Below are positions 37,615-50,744 of a stretch of 60,000 nt of DNA, piece by piece. The DNA lies in assembly GCA_038087875.1 (NCBI GenBank), contig CM075990.1, positions 6,946,001 through 7,006,000 of the forward strand. Reading direction: 5' to 3'. A program made the translations under genes and the position numbers. Under the pieces are notes generated by a model. That model searched no databases and had not been told where the DNA came from. It saw only the letters and a list, made by a program, of their open reading frames with translations. Numbering within the stretch: the stretch's first letter is position 1; each line of letters opens with the position of its first letter. The DNA comes from Malacoraja senta (Eukaryota).

Positions 37615-38502
37615 ACATAGATACATAGAAAATAGGTGCAGGAGTAGGCCATTCGGCCCTTCGAGCCTGCACCGCCATTCAATATGATCATGGCTGATCA
37701 TCCAACTCAGTATCCCGTACCTGCCTTCTCTCCATACCCCCTGATCCCTTTAGCCACAAGGGCCACATCTAACTCCCTCTTAAATATAGCCAATGAACTG
37801 GCCTCAACTACCCTCTGTGGCAGAGAGTTCCAGAGATTCACCACTCTCTGTGTGAAAACGTTTTTCCTCATCTCGGTCTTAAAGGATTTCCCCCTTATCC
37901 TTAAGCTGTGACCCCTTGTCCTGACTTCCCCAACATCGGGAACAATCTTCCTGCATCTAGCCTGTCCAACCCCATAAGAATTTTGTACGCTTCTATAAGA
38001 TCCCCTCTCAATCTCCTAAATTCTAGCGAGTATAAGCCAAGTCTATCCAGTCTTTCTTCATATGAAAGTCCTGACATCCCAGGAATCAGTCTGGTGAAAC
38101 TTCTCTGCACTCCCTCTATGGCTATAATGTCCTTCCTCAGATTTGGAGACAAAACTGTACGCAATACTCCAGGTGTGGTCTCACCAAGACCCTGTACAAC
38201 TGCAGTAGAACCTCCCTGCTCCTATACTCAAATCCTCTTGCTATGAAGGCCTACATACCATTCGCTTTCTTCACTGCCTGCTGCCACCTGCATGCCTACT
38301 TTCAATGACTGGTGTACCATGACACCCAGGTCTCGCTGCATCTCCCCATTTCCTAATCGGCCACCATTTAGATAATAGTCTGCCTTCCCGTTTTTGCCAC
38401 CAAAGTGGATAACCTCACATTTATCCACATTATACTGCATCTGCCAAACATTTGCCCACTCACCCAGCCTATCCAAGTCACCTTGCAGTCTCCTAGCATC
38501 CT
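37615..38502 (-). mobile_element. CR1 LINE 3' about 0.9 kb
   Basis: DRLGEWANVWQMQYNVDKCEVIHFG and LRGDLIEAYKIL, with tail. Confidence 0.9.
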
Positions 38503-38628
38503 GAATGGCCTACTCCTGCACCCATTTTTCTATGTTTCTATGTTTCTCGTGCTAGTGTACGGGGTGATTGCTGGTCGGCGTGGACTGAGTTTGCCGAAGG
38601 GCCTGTTTCCACGCTGTTATCTCTAGAG

Positions 38629-39063
38629 CAGGGGTGGGCAACCTTGTTTGGCATAGGGGCCAGGACGCATGTCTGTGAGCGGATGGCGGGCCACATCTAT
38701 CACATGTACACATGGATCCCGTCCCCATCCCGCCTCGGATGGCAGACCTCAAATCATTGTTCACAGAAGGTAGACAAAGATGCTGGAGAAACTCAGCGGG
38801 TGAGGCAGCCTCATGCAGTCTCACGCGCTGAGTTTCCCCAGCATTTTTGTCTACCTTCGATTTTTCCAGCATCTGCAGTTCTTTCTGAAACATGTTCAAG
38901 GAAGGTGCGCGGCCGTGCCGTCGGCTTTGCGCAGGATGCGGTACAGCCAGAGCTCGGCGCTCGGCCGTGCCGGATGATTACGGGAAGAAAAATCCGCCTG
39001 TGGGCCGGATGATTTGTGTTACGGGCCGCATTCGGCCCGGGGGCCGTAGGTTGCCGACCCCTG
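38629..39063. mobile_element. hAT (Charlie-type) non-autonomous element
   Basis: TIRs caggggtgggcaacc / ggttgccgacccctg, perfect 8-bp TSD ctctagag at 38621-38628 and 39064-39071. Confidence 0.9.
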
Positions 39064-39239
39064 CTCTAGAGTCTGAAGTAAAGTGAAGTGAAAGACTGTG
39101 CAGCTCCACAGTGGGTTTGAGTTACCATGGACCAGGCAAAGACCAGCTCTAGATCTCTCAGTCCTGTGACACAATTACTGAGAGCACATGTACCAACCTC
39201 ATCGAGGAAATCAGAGATAAGGAGCCATTTTCCTCTTAC

Positions 39240-39400
39240 CTTTTCTATTGCAAGCTGTGAGCTCAACCTTCTTCCCTGGAGTATTTCTGGGGCAGTAAAT
39301 GTGTAGATGTCTCCCCCTGAGGCATTGCTTCGGAAAGATAATTCGCCACTTGCTGACAACAGCATTGACCAGGGGGAGATAATGTAACTGAAGGCAGCAC
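39240..39400 (-). CDS. FRMPD2: FRMPD2-like KIND exon (GAAFSYIISPWSMLLSASGELSF...FTAPEILQG...AIEK)
   Basis: Acceptor ttttctgcctttcattacag, donor AAG|gtaaga, 161 nt, phase 1-0. PWSxLLSAxGxLSF and FxAPE(I/L)LQG resemble FRMPD2 as recalled. Confidence 0.9.
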
Positions 39401-39646
39401 CTGTAATGAAAGGCAGAAAATGAAGATAGCAATGAAATCTCTTTTAACAGATCAATGAGGCATCACTGATCAACTGATCACCAGTTGGCTTTCCTTACAT
39501 GCTGGGGCCGGGAATGGCATGAGATGTTAATACTCCGAGGACCAATGCAACATCAAAATGGGTGACAAGAACAACACTGATCAGCAGTGATTGGTAAGTA
39601 AAGAAGTTTGTGGATTCAAATCATTTTACCTGTCTTCAAATTTCTA

Positions 39647-39975
39647 TTTAGTTTAGTTTTGTTTGGCTTTAGTTTCGAGATACAGCGCAGAAACAGGCCC
39701 ATCGGCCCACCGAGTCTGCGCCGACCAGCGATCCCTGCACACTAACACTATCCTACACACACGAGGGACACTTTACAGTTATACCAAGCCAATTAATCTG
39801 CAGGCCTGTACGTCTTTGGAGTGTGGGAGGAAACTGGAAATCCTGGGAAAAAACACCCGCGCAAGTCACGGGGAGAATGTACAAACTCCGTACGGACAAG
39901 CACCAGTAGCCAGGATCGAACCCGGGTCTCTGGCGCTGTAAGGCAGTGTAACTCGACCGTTGCGCCCTCTATGCC
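39647..39975 (-). mobile_element. HE1-like V-SINE
   Basis: Family consensus in reverse. Confidence 0.85.
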
Positions 39976-40212
39976 AAATGGGGTGTTGCATTAGAATCTG
40001 TTTTACACATCCCCACAGGTTAAAGTGACCTCTATGTCTTCAATATCAGTAATAGTCACCGAGAAAGCTTCCAAGTGAATTTACTTGCCTTATCTTTGCT
40101 GAAACCCAGTGCCACCATGAATCATAGACAGGCCCTTTGTTAATAACAGCCAAGCTGATTGCAAACACGAGCACAGGAGGATGTGAGGTAATCTTGCAGA
40201 ACTGTGCAAGAT

Positions 40213-40580
40213 CATGAGGGGAATAGAATAGGGTGACGGCCACAGAGACTTTTACCCAGAGTAGGAGAAGCAAGAACCGGAGGGCATAGGTTTAAGGTGA
40301 GAGGAGAAAGATTTAACTGGAACCTGAGGGGCAACTTTTCCCACACAGTGGGTGGTGGGTATATGGAATGAGCTGCCAGTGGAGTAGAGGAGATAGTGAG
40401 ATAAGGATTTTGAATCAACATTTAAAACTCATTTGTACAGGCACATGGACAGGAATGTTTTAAGAAGGTAGATGGGCCAAACACCAGCAGCTGGGACTAG
40501 TGTATATGGGGCATCTTGGTCAGATCTGGCAAGTTAGGCTGAAGGGCCTATTTCTGTGCTGTCTGACTCTATGACTCTAA
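40213..40580 (+). mobile_element. CR1 LINE 3' end
   Basis: Same family as 3010-3362. Confidence 0.8.
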
Positions 40581-42159
40581 AACCAGCTTGACTTACTGAT
40601 CAAGAAACCAGCTTCATCAAGCTCCCCAGGTGACCCAGCAGAAAGTCCTCTTTCATTTTGCAGAAATCTTTTTTTCATTTTGGCTCTACTTCACAGCCAA
40701 GTGAAGCTACTCATGCGTCCAAAGAAAAAGCAAAGGCTTCGTGCGCTTGGCTGCCTCTCTGAAGACTTATTTGGCAGAGCTTTAAGGTCAGAGGGGAAAA
40801 GTTTAAAGGAGATGTGCGGGGCAGGTTTCTTTCCCCACACTGAGGGTGGTGGGTGCCTGGAACGCCTTAATGGTGGGTGAGGTGGTGGCAGAGGCAGATA
40901 CGACAGGGGTGATTAAGAGGCACATGGATATGCAGGGATTGGAGGGATATGGATCACGAGCAGGGAAGGAGATTACCTTGGCATCATATGTAGGAAGGAA
41001 CTGCAGATGCTCGTTTAAATCGGATAGACACTCAGTCTGAACAAGGGTCTCGATCCGAAACATTAACTATTCCATTTCTCCAGAGATGCTGTCTGACCCG
41101 CTGAGTTATTCCAACATTTTGTGTCTAACTTGGCATCATGTTCAGCACGGATATTGAGGGCCGAAGGCCTGTTCCTAGGCTGTAGTTTTATATTCAATGG
41201 TAGTTTGAAGATCAAGTTTAAGATCAAATTCAAGAGAGTTTATTGCCATGTGTCCCTGATAGCACACCAGAACATAGACGGCATGAATACAGAACAGATC
41301 AGTGTGTCCATATACCATTATATAAATATATACACACATGAATAAATAAAGATGTCGTATGTATGATTTAGTAATTATTTGTGAGCCCTGACGTAAACCA
41401 ACCCCCCTTGGGTATTGAATCCCTGTTAGAGGGTGACTTTCATTTACAGGTAGACAAAATTGCTGGAGAAACTCAGCGGGTGAGGCAGTATCTATGGAGC
41501 GAAGGAAATAGGCAACGTTTCGGCCTGAAACGTTGCCTATTTCCTTCGCTCCATAGATGCTGCCGCACCCGCTGAGTTTCTCCAGCAATTTTGTCTATCT
41601 TCGATTCTCCAGCATCTGCAGTTCCTTCTTGAACACTTTCATTTACAGCATGTTCCCACAGAGGGAATAGCTGGAAAGAGATGGTAAATTCCAATGTTAC
41701 ATCCAGCAAATGCTTGCCTTTGCCATTGATGGGGCAGTACAATGGGCTCTGGCTGTGGGGACCCATTGCCCACTCTTGTGCTTGCTTGCACCTTGTGTAA
41801 AACCTTCCAAGTCTGAAGAAGGGTCTCAACCGGAAACATCACCCATTCCTTCTATCCAGAGATGCTGCCTGTCCAGCTGAGTTACTCCAGCTTCCAAGGA
41901 GAAGGCTGTACCGATGGGAATGGGGAGTTCCGCCTTCTCCTGGCAAGATGGTGTGGTGACACAGGCTCTGATAACGCTGAGGATGTCACACTGATCTGCC
42001 GATCACCACACGTAGATGTGGAAGAAGTGGAGCTTTCACAAGATCAGGCTTCTTCTACGATTCAGTCCTCCCGTGATCACAGCTCCCCGCCATCTCTCCG
42101 GTGACTTACTGCCCGTCCCACAGTACATTGTGCAGAAAACAATGCTGGGGGATCTTGAG

Positions 42160-42468
42160 GGGCACCACAGTTGGTAGAGCTGCCGCCTCACAGCGCCAGA
42201 GACCCAGGTTCGATCCTGGCTACCCCCTACTGTCTGCGTGGAGTTTGCACGTTCGCCCTGTGACCAGGTAGGTTTCCCTCGGGTACTCCGGTTTCCCCCC
42301 ACACCGCAAAGACATGCAGGTTTGTGGGTTAATGGGCCACAGTAAATGGCTCTTAACCTAAAAACACGCATGCAGGGAAACAGAACTACTGAACAGGTGA
42401 CCGATGGTCAGCATGGACTCAGTGGGTCAAAGGGCCTGTTTCCAGGCTGTATCGTTCAATCAATCAAT
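42160..42468 (+). mobile_element. V-SINE, older HE1-like subfamily
   Basis: tRNA head, V domain and (aatc)n tail. Confidence 0.75.
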
Positions 42469-43005
42469 AAAAATCAGAACAGGCAGCATTTGTGGAGGGA
42501 AATGGTCAGGTGACCTGACCCATTGAGTTTCTTCACCAGTTTGTTTTTTGCTCTGGATTCCAGCATCTGCAGTAACTTTTGCCTCGACTTCTAGTCATTT
42601 ATTTCTGCTCTGGAAGTATAAATAACGAGTGTACCTATGCGTGGTATATCCTGACCTGTTTGCATAGCAAGCAAAACTTTTCACTGTACCTCAGTACTAG
42701 CAACAACAATAAACCTAAACCTGCAGGAAGGAACGGCAGATGCTGGTTGACACTGAAGATGGACACAAAATGCTGGAGTGATTACCTCCAGAGTTACTCC
42801 AGCATTTAGTGCCTATAAACTTAAACCTTGAGAATGTATCAGTGCAGCAAGCAGTGTGAAGAGGAGATTAACTCGTCACAAGCCTCTCGCAAGCCCTGAC
42901 AAATAGATGAAGTTACTTGTGTAGGAAAGAACTGCAGATGCTGGTTTAAATCGAAGACAGACACAAAATGTTGAAGTAACTCAGCGGGCAGGCGGCATCT
43001 CTGGA

Positions 43006-43327
43006 GACAATAGACAATAGACAATAGACAATAGACAATAGGTGCAGGAGTAGGCCATTTGGCCCTTCGAGCCATTCAATGTGATCATGGCTGATCATCC
43101 CCAAACAGTACCCCGTTCCTGCCTTCTCCCCATATCCCCTGACTCTGCTATTTTTAAGAGCCCTATCTAGCTCTCTCTTGAAAGCATCCAGAGAACCGGC
43201 CTCCACCGCCCTCTGAGGCAGAGAATTCCACAGACTCACCACTCTCTGTGAGAAAAAGTGTTTCCTCGTCTCCGTTTTAAATGGCTTACTCCTTATTTGT
43301 ATACTGTGGCCCCTGGTTCTGGACTCT
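43006..43327 (-). mobile_element. CR1 3' end inserted in a Penelope-type fold-back
   Basis: (gacaata)n tail; ctctggaga is present at both junctions. Confidence 0.8.
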
Positions 43328-44281
43328 GGAGATGGATTTGGTGATGTTTCGGGTCTGAAGAAGGGTCTCGACCCAAAACGTCACCCATTCCTTCTCTCCA
43401 GAGATGCTGCCTATCCCACTGAGTTACTACAGCATTTTGTGTCTGCCTTAGATGAAGTTACTCTCCTGTTACCCTATAGTTTTCATGACAACATAATCCA
43501 AAAATTGGCTCCGGACCAACAGAGACCTGCACAGAAATGCTCTGAGAATATTTATTCGATTTGTCGCAAGGTGCCTTCAATTGTTTGGCTTTGAACACAC
43601 ACACACACACACAGTGCTGAGGAATGTACTCAGAGAGCTGTTGTCCTGGCGTTCTGCAGATCCTGTTACAAGCTTGAGAAGGTGGCCCAGGTCACTTTAC
43701 CCCTGACTGTATTCAGCTGCCACGCAGCATCAGAAAGATTCCCTTTGATTGTTCAAGGAGGAAGCAGAGAAGTGGGGAACAGAGCACAGACATCTTGAAA
43801 TGCCTTCAGAATGTCCACAATGCAGAAACTGTTAACAATAAAATGCCTCGAATCCTTTAGGGACTGAAAGCCCATGCTAATTTCTGAACCTCTTGTCGAG
43901 TCAAAAGACATTCTGTGACTTGTACAATAATGGCCCCAGGATCGAATGTATTTTGGCACAGATAAATTACCTTATTCTTTATTCAGTGGCAGCTTGACCT
44001 GTATGTAATGGATGGTAATTTCACAAACGCTATTGTATTGGCGCAGACTTGCCACTTTCAAGCATCAGAACCCTTAGTCATACAGCAGCAGTATTTCCAA
44101 ATACATTTCAGTGTTATGTTCCCAAGCTTTTCCAGTTATAAAACCTGCCAAGAATGCTTGACCCTGCTTATTGGACAGAGATTAATATACCAAGTGTATG
44201 CCTGACCTGTTTCTATTCTGGTGTATCTTTGTGGGATGAGTGTAAGAATGTCGAGTGTACGAGTGCAGAGTGTAGGAGTGT

Positions 44282-44575
44282 GGGGCGGCACGGTGGCACA
44301 GCGGTAGAGTTGCAGCCCCACAGCGCCAGAGACCCGGGTTCGATCCTGACTAAGAGTGCCGTCTGTACGGAGTTTTCACGTTCTCCCCGTGGCCGCATGG
44401 GTTTTCTCCGAGATCTTCGGTTTCCTCCCACACTCCAAAGCCGTCCAGGATTGTAGGTTAATTGGGTTCGGTAAAGATTGGGGTTTGTCCCGAGTTTGTC
44501 GGACAGTGCTAGTGATCACTGGTCGGAGCAGACTCGGTGGGCCGAAGGGCCTGTTTCCACGTTGTATCTCTAAAC
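44282..44575 (+). mobile_element. HE1-like V-SINE
   Basis: A/B boxes, V domain and tail. Confidence 0.85.
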
Positions 44576-44944
44576 ACTGTAAATGACTGGATTGTTAATC
44601 ATGTATTGTCTTTCTACTGACTGGATAGCACGCAACAAAAGCTTTTCCCTGTACCTCGGTACATGTGACAATAAACTAAACTAAACTCTACAGTTGCTGT
44701 AGATGTAATATTTCACTGATCCAATGTGCCAAATGGTCTCATTCAGTGCTGTAAATTTCTATTCCGCTATTTAACTGGCGTATCGATCCATTATAACACA
44801 AGACGAAAGAGCGTTCATTCAACAATCCTGTGCGCCGGAGGATTGATTTGGCTTTTGGACTATAATGCCATTTTGGGTAAATTCCCCATGAAGCATGGCA
44901 CTGACGCACCCAATCGATGAACTAGATGGTTCCATATATAGATA

Positions 44945-46163
44945 AAGTAAACCCTTGTTGTAACGGACCGCTTTATAACGGATTTTGGTTACAGCGGATG
45001 GACGTACCGATGGCAGACACCATCCCCGGCTCTCACGTCACCCGACTGCCCATGGCACTCCCTGTTCGTACCGCCATGCTGACCACTTGCAGGCTGGACC
45101 CTTGCTGGCCCACACAGCTTCCTCAGCTACTCCAGGCCAAGTCTTCCACCGCCGTCGTCACCTGCCCTTACCTGATCTCCGGCCGCCCGCGGGCCGCGAC
45201 CATCGACTCCGCCGATCCTCGCCTCTCCCCCGGCCGCAGGCAGAGCGGGGCCGTCAACTCACCCGGATTCCAGGCCCAGTTCCAGACCGAGAGCCTGAAG
45301 AAGGGTCTCGACCCAGAATGTCACCTATCCATGTTCTCTAGAGATGCTGCCCGACCTGCCGAGTTACTCCAGCACTTTGGGTCCCTTTGTGTATTAAACC
45401 AGAAACTGCTCGGTTGCACAGCGGTATAGTTGCTGCCTGATAGCCCTGCCCCACTGTACGAGTTCATTCCAAGAGCTCTCCCGAGTTTAAAAAAAATCAA
45501 ACTCGTGGTAAGCACGGAGAATGAACGTAGCGGGTACCTCGGAGCTCTGGGACGTCTCTTAGCGCTAACGGCAGGTACTCGGGAAGACTCGCTAACGGCA
45601 GGTAAGCATGGGAAGACTCGTGAAGATTTTTCAACATGATGAAAAATGTCCACGAGAGCCCCGAGTACCGACGAGTGGCCATTACCGTAAATCTCCGACT
45701 TCGAATCAGGGCAAACTCGGGAGAGCTCTTGGAATGAACTCGTACCGTGGGACAGGGCTTTTACAGCGCTTGCAGCGCCAGTGAAGCGGGTTCAATCCTG
45801 ACTACAGGTGCTGTCTGTACAGAGCTTGTACGTTCTCCCCGTGACCACGTAGGTTTTCTCCGAGGTCTTCGGTTTCCTCCCACACTCCAAAGATGTACAG
45901 GTTTGTAGAATAATTGGCTTGGTATAAGTGTAACTTGTCCCTAGTGTGTGTAGGCTAGTGTTAATCTGCGGGGATCGCTGGTCAGTGCGAACTCGGTGGG
46001 CCAAAGGACCTGTTTCTGTGCTGTGTAACTAAACTAAACTGCAGTTGTTTGTTTCAACTACTTATGCAATGATAATCTCTTACACGGTTATAACAGACAT
46101 GCAGCAATAACAGACAACACCCCCCCCCCCTCCCCCATGGTCATTCATAACAAGGGTTTAGTG
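44945..46163. mobile_element. Tc1/mariner (Tigger-like) non-autonomous element with nested insertions
   Basis: Degenerate TIRs aagtaaacccttgttgtaacggacc / ggtcattcataacaagggtttagtg and subterminal (t)ataacRga repeats. Confidence 0.55.
45441..45760. mobile_element. Harbinger-type MITE inserted in a SINE head (SINE about 45415-46040, +)
   Basis: Splits the SINE consensus gttgctgcc-TTA-cagcgc; flanks are tga and tta. Confidence 0.88.
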
Positions 46164-46619
46164 TTAAAGTCGAGTTAGATCGTTGCAGTAAGATTGGCCG
46201 TATCAATGTGGCAATTGCCCATAGTAGAAAATAATTAGTTTGGGTGCCAGCCCAGATTCTGATACAACGATCCTTCCTTGGGTCAAAGATAAGGATAAAG
46301 ATGAAAGGTTATTAATTGAATTGGCTCTTTTCCTCCATTTTTCATGGGTATTTGAGGCACCTTCTGTTTTGTTTCACATGTCCAACAGCCACAGATTGAA
46401 GTTTTTCTTTTAAAGAATAAACAATCTTTGTTTTTTGAGTGCACTAATCACAGCACTTTCTAAAATAGATTACACTGAACAAAATTCTTTTGAAGCCAAT
46501 GTGCAATGAGGGAAAGTGCATCCAACCTCAGCAACAGAATTTAAACTCTCAGTCTATTGAGGAGCTAAACACCAAGAGGAATCCTCTTGCTCCGCTTTGG
46601 CCACTGCTATTCAATCTTT

Positions 46620-47005
46620 TACATAGAAACATAGAAAACAGATGCAGGAGTAGGCCATTCGACCCTTCGAGCCAGCACCGCCATTCAATATGTTCATGGC
46701 CGATCATCTAAAATCAGTACCCCGTTCCTGCTTTTTCCCTCATGTCCCTTGATTCCATTAACCCTAAGAGCTAAATCTAACCCTCTCTTGAAAACATCCA
46801 GTGAATTGGCCTCCACTGCCTTCTGTGCCAGAGAATTCCACAGATTCACAACTCTCTGGTTGAAAAAAAAATCCTCATCTCAGTCCTAATTGGCTTACCC
46901 CTTATTCTTAAACTGTGACCCCTGGTTCTGGACTCCCCCAACATCGGGTACTTTTTTTCCTGCGTCTAGCCTGTCCAATTCTTTAAGAATTTGTATACGT
47001 TTCTA
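46620..47005 (-). mobile_element. CR1 LINE 3' end
   Basis: (catagaaa)n tail and CR1 3' body. Confidence 0.85.
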
Positions 47006-47139
47006 TCCTAGGGGCCGGTCAGGGCTTTGGTTCAATGTCTCATCTGACAACTCTAACACAGCAGTACACCTTCAGTGCACTCACTTATGTTGTGCTCGCA
47101 AGTCTTAGAATAAAAGAACGTACCTTTAGAATGGAGATT

Positions 47140-47433
47140 TTAGATTAGTTTTAGAGATACCCTTCGGCCCAACGAGTCCGCACCGACCAGCGATCCCCGC
47201 ATACTAACACTACCCTACACACACTAGGGGCAGTTTTACATTCATACCAAGCCAATTAACCTACAAACCTGTACGTCTTTGGAGTGTGGCAGGAAACCAG
47301 AGATCTCGGAGAAAACCCACGCATGTCACGGGGAGAACGTACCAACTCCGTACAGACAGCACCTGTAGTCAGCATGGAACATAGGTCTCTGGCGCTGAAG
47401 GCAGCAACTTTACCGCTGCGCTACCATGCCGCC
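47140..47433 (-). mobile_element. HE1-like V-SINE
   Basis: Family consensus in reverse. Confidence 0.85.
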
Positions 47434-47451
47434 TAATGAACCCCCTCCAAT

Positions 47452-48490
47452 TAGGTATGTTACAATACTTGCCTTCAGCGGCGCTGTAATTCTGTCACTG
47501 GCCTTGTGCGCGATTTTGGTGCCTTTAAGGGGGGGCAGGGTTAAAACGCGGGTTTCTCCTCCCTTGTCCTGAATTATATTTTGTTGGAGTACAAGCTTTT
47601 GCGGAAGAATCGTTCCGAGGGGCGTTTTGAGTATTTTGTTTTAAAAATCTCCCGACAAGTTCAGCGTTGGATTCATTTTTAAATCATCTTCTGAACCTGT
47701 CAACGCCCACAACGGGGACGGATTTCACACACGGGAAAGGTAAACGAAAGTGGTTTATTTTTATGTATAAACGTTCTTCTTAAGAGGCCTTTAATTCACA
47801 TTTTTACATGCGACACGGTGATTTTTTCCCCGAACTAACGGCAATAATTTTTATGCCAATACGGGGTTAAATTCACCGCAAATGAACGTTCCAAATGATC
47901 GCGTTCCAGAAATCCCCATACGCAAGATGATATAAATTCCCATTAATTTACAGGTATTAAACATTCAATTTCTTCCATTTGGCCTGTAAATCCATGACAA
48001 TGAGATAAAAAAATTATGTTATATTGTGAATTCTTGTGTGAATGTTATTTGGACACTTAGGCTATTTAAAAATGTTAATCTATTCTTAAGAAATTGATAG
48101 GTTTAGATCTAGTAATTGAATTTTGTAATTAGCTACAATTAGGTAACTAACTAATTATATGCTTTAATTTCATGTCATCTAAGTAAGATTGTTTCATATT
48201 TGTTTCAGAATGCTTCAATCTATAATAACTGAAAATTTCTTTCAGTTCTCTTAATTTTTAAGAAAGTTACGGGCTTTTGACTGTCCTCGATCACAGCTTT
48301 TGTGTTAAGTCAATGGAAAAGCAATAGGGAACAAGATGCTAATTTCCGAGTATGAAAATGGCCATAACTTTTTTAATACTGAAGATATGAAAGTGAATTA
48401 TGTGTCAAATTAAACTTCTTTTTATGCTTTATCTGATGGGATAAATTACAGACTTGATTTTTAAAATCTCAAAATTTTGTAACATTGCTA
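47452..48490. mobile_element. Unclassified AT-rich non-autonomous DNA transposon
   Basis: TIRs taggtatgttacaa / ttgtaacattgcta (12/14 match), direct repeat ctccaat on both flanks. Confidence 0.7.
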
Positions 48491-49119
48491 CTCCAATGAA
48501 ATAAATCTTTCTTTCAGCAGGGACCGCTCATAGTAGAGGTTGTTTCACTATTGCCTTCTACTTTTTCTTTTTTTTACACCTAATCTTTCTTTCATACTCC
48601 AATCCCATTGAAGCAAGGGTCTTGCCATAAGCCTTCCACATTACCAATTTCCCTGCGGGGATGAATAAAGTTCGATCGTATCGCATCGTATCGTATTACC
48701 TGCTACACTAGTATGCTTGCTTTCAACTGGGGTATTCTAATATCATACTTATAAATCTTATTTTTTTGTTCTTTCTCCAGTGCCATTCTCTATTCCATTT
48801 TTATAATTGGGACCAGTTCCAAGCATAACTGGCGGATCTGATTCATTGCCAATTCCAATCTGTCAACTGTGAATTAAATAATGTTCGGAGATCTGTGAAC
48901 AGTTGCCAAGGCACCATTTGATTCTGCATTGTGCAGCAGGCAAATGCAGCCAGCATACATTCTTAATGATAGCACCCCCCCCCCCCCTCTACACACTGTC
49001 CCCAAATGGTGACGAGAGGCCAGCTGCAAATATTACTATGATTAATATCGTTGCACGTTACTGCAAATGAAAATCCCGACAAGCACCAGGGTCCAGAAGG
49101 GAGGCAAACCCAGGCTTTT

Positions 49120-49560
49120 TACATAGAAACATAGAAAATAGGTGCAGGAGTAGGCCATTCGGCCCTTCAAGCCAACATCACCATTCAATATGATCATAGC
49201 TGATCATCCAAAATCAGTACCCCATTCCTGCTTTCTCCCCATATCCCTTCATTCCATTAGCCCAAGGAGCTATATCTAACTCTGTCTTGAATACATCCAG
49301 TGAATTTCCCTCCACTGCCTTCTGTGGCAGAGAATTCCACAGATTCACAACTCTCTGGGTGAAAACGTTTTTCCTCACCTCAGTCCGACACGGCCTACCA
49401 CTTATTCTTAAAATGTGAGCCCTAGTTCTGGACTCCCCCCAACATCGGGAACATTGTTCCTGCATCTAGCCTGTCCAATCCCTTAAGAATGTTATGTTTC
49501 TATCAGATACCCTCTCATCCTTCTAAATTCCAGTAAATATAAGCCCAGTCGACCCATTCT
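49120..49560 (-). mobile_element. CR1 LINE 3' end
   Basis: FTQRVVNLWNSLP and tail. Confidence 0.85.
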
Positions 49561-49974
49561 TACCTACACCTTTTAGCAGAGAGAAAAAGTTTGAAGATGT
49601 AAGGGGCAGAGTGGTGGGTGCCTGGAACGCGCTGTTCCAGGAACCAACCGTCAACCACCATTTACATTAGTTTGACACTAATCCATTCTGTTCTCTCCTC
49701 GCAGATTTGTCCCGCTTACTCTGCAGGTCGTATGTTCAATCCCCCAACCCACTTAGGGCCAAGTCATTCTGGACTCGGAGACAACGAAGGGAAGATATTT
49801 TCTAAAATTGCAGATGTTGGAAATCTAAAATCAAAGTGGAAAACACTCAGCAGGTCAGCCAGCCTCTGTGGAAGGAGAAACAGTAATGCTTCAGGCCAGG
49901 AGATCTTCGTCGGAACCGACAGTGAAGGGAATTCAGAAACCAAGTTACCGTCTGCTCCATTTTCCACGAAGTTA

Positions 49975-50253
49975 CCGCGTGGAAACAGGCCCTTCGGCCC
50001 ACTGAGCTCACACCCACCAGCGATCCCCGCACATTAACACTACCCTACACACACTAGGGACAATTTTACATTTACACCAAGCCAATTAACCAACAAACCT
50101 GTACGTCTTTGGAGTGTGGGAGGAAACCGAAGATCTCGGAGAAAACCCACGCAGGTCACGGTGAGAACGTACAAACTCCATACAGACAGCACCCGTAGTC
50201 AGGATCGAACCCGGGTCTCTGGCACTGTAGCTCTACTGCTGCGCCACCGTGCT
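49975..50253 (-). mobile_element. HE1-like V-SINE
   Basis: Family consensus in reverse. Confidence 0.85.
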
Positions 50254-50744
50254 GTTAGTTAATGCTGTTAGCCAACATTTAGCTATCCGTTAATACAGGG
50301 TCAAAGGCCCAAGGGGATTAAGCACATTCATTTACAAAGCTGTGAAGGGTTGTCCGTGAAGCTGTTCTCGGCTGTAATATGCCCACTGTGTTAATTAGCA
50401 GCTTATCAAAACACATTTTGATGGAGTGATGTGTGATGCAGGAACCAATCAATAGCATCAAGCCGCGGATGATAAGGTGAGCAAGAGTCAGCTGGCATTT
50501 ACATTAAATCTACACTTTTCTATGCTTGGCAATCAAGCAGGCAACCACGGAGTATTTACCTGGTGATGGCAATGCATCTGAAGGCATCTGCTCAAACTGT
50601 CAGGCTTGTATGAAGCTGGTTCATTGCTCATCATCAACACCATTCACCCTACAAGTAACCCTCAATTGCTCCCGTGACAATATGATGTAGAACTGAGAGC
50701 TTCACAACTGACTTGGGCCATCTACAAATCTCTACCATTCGATT

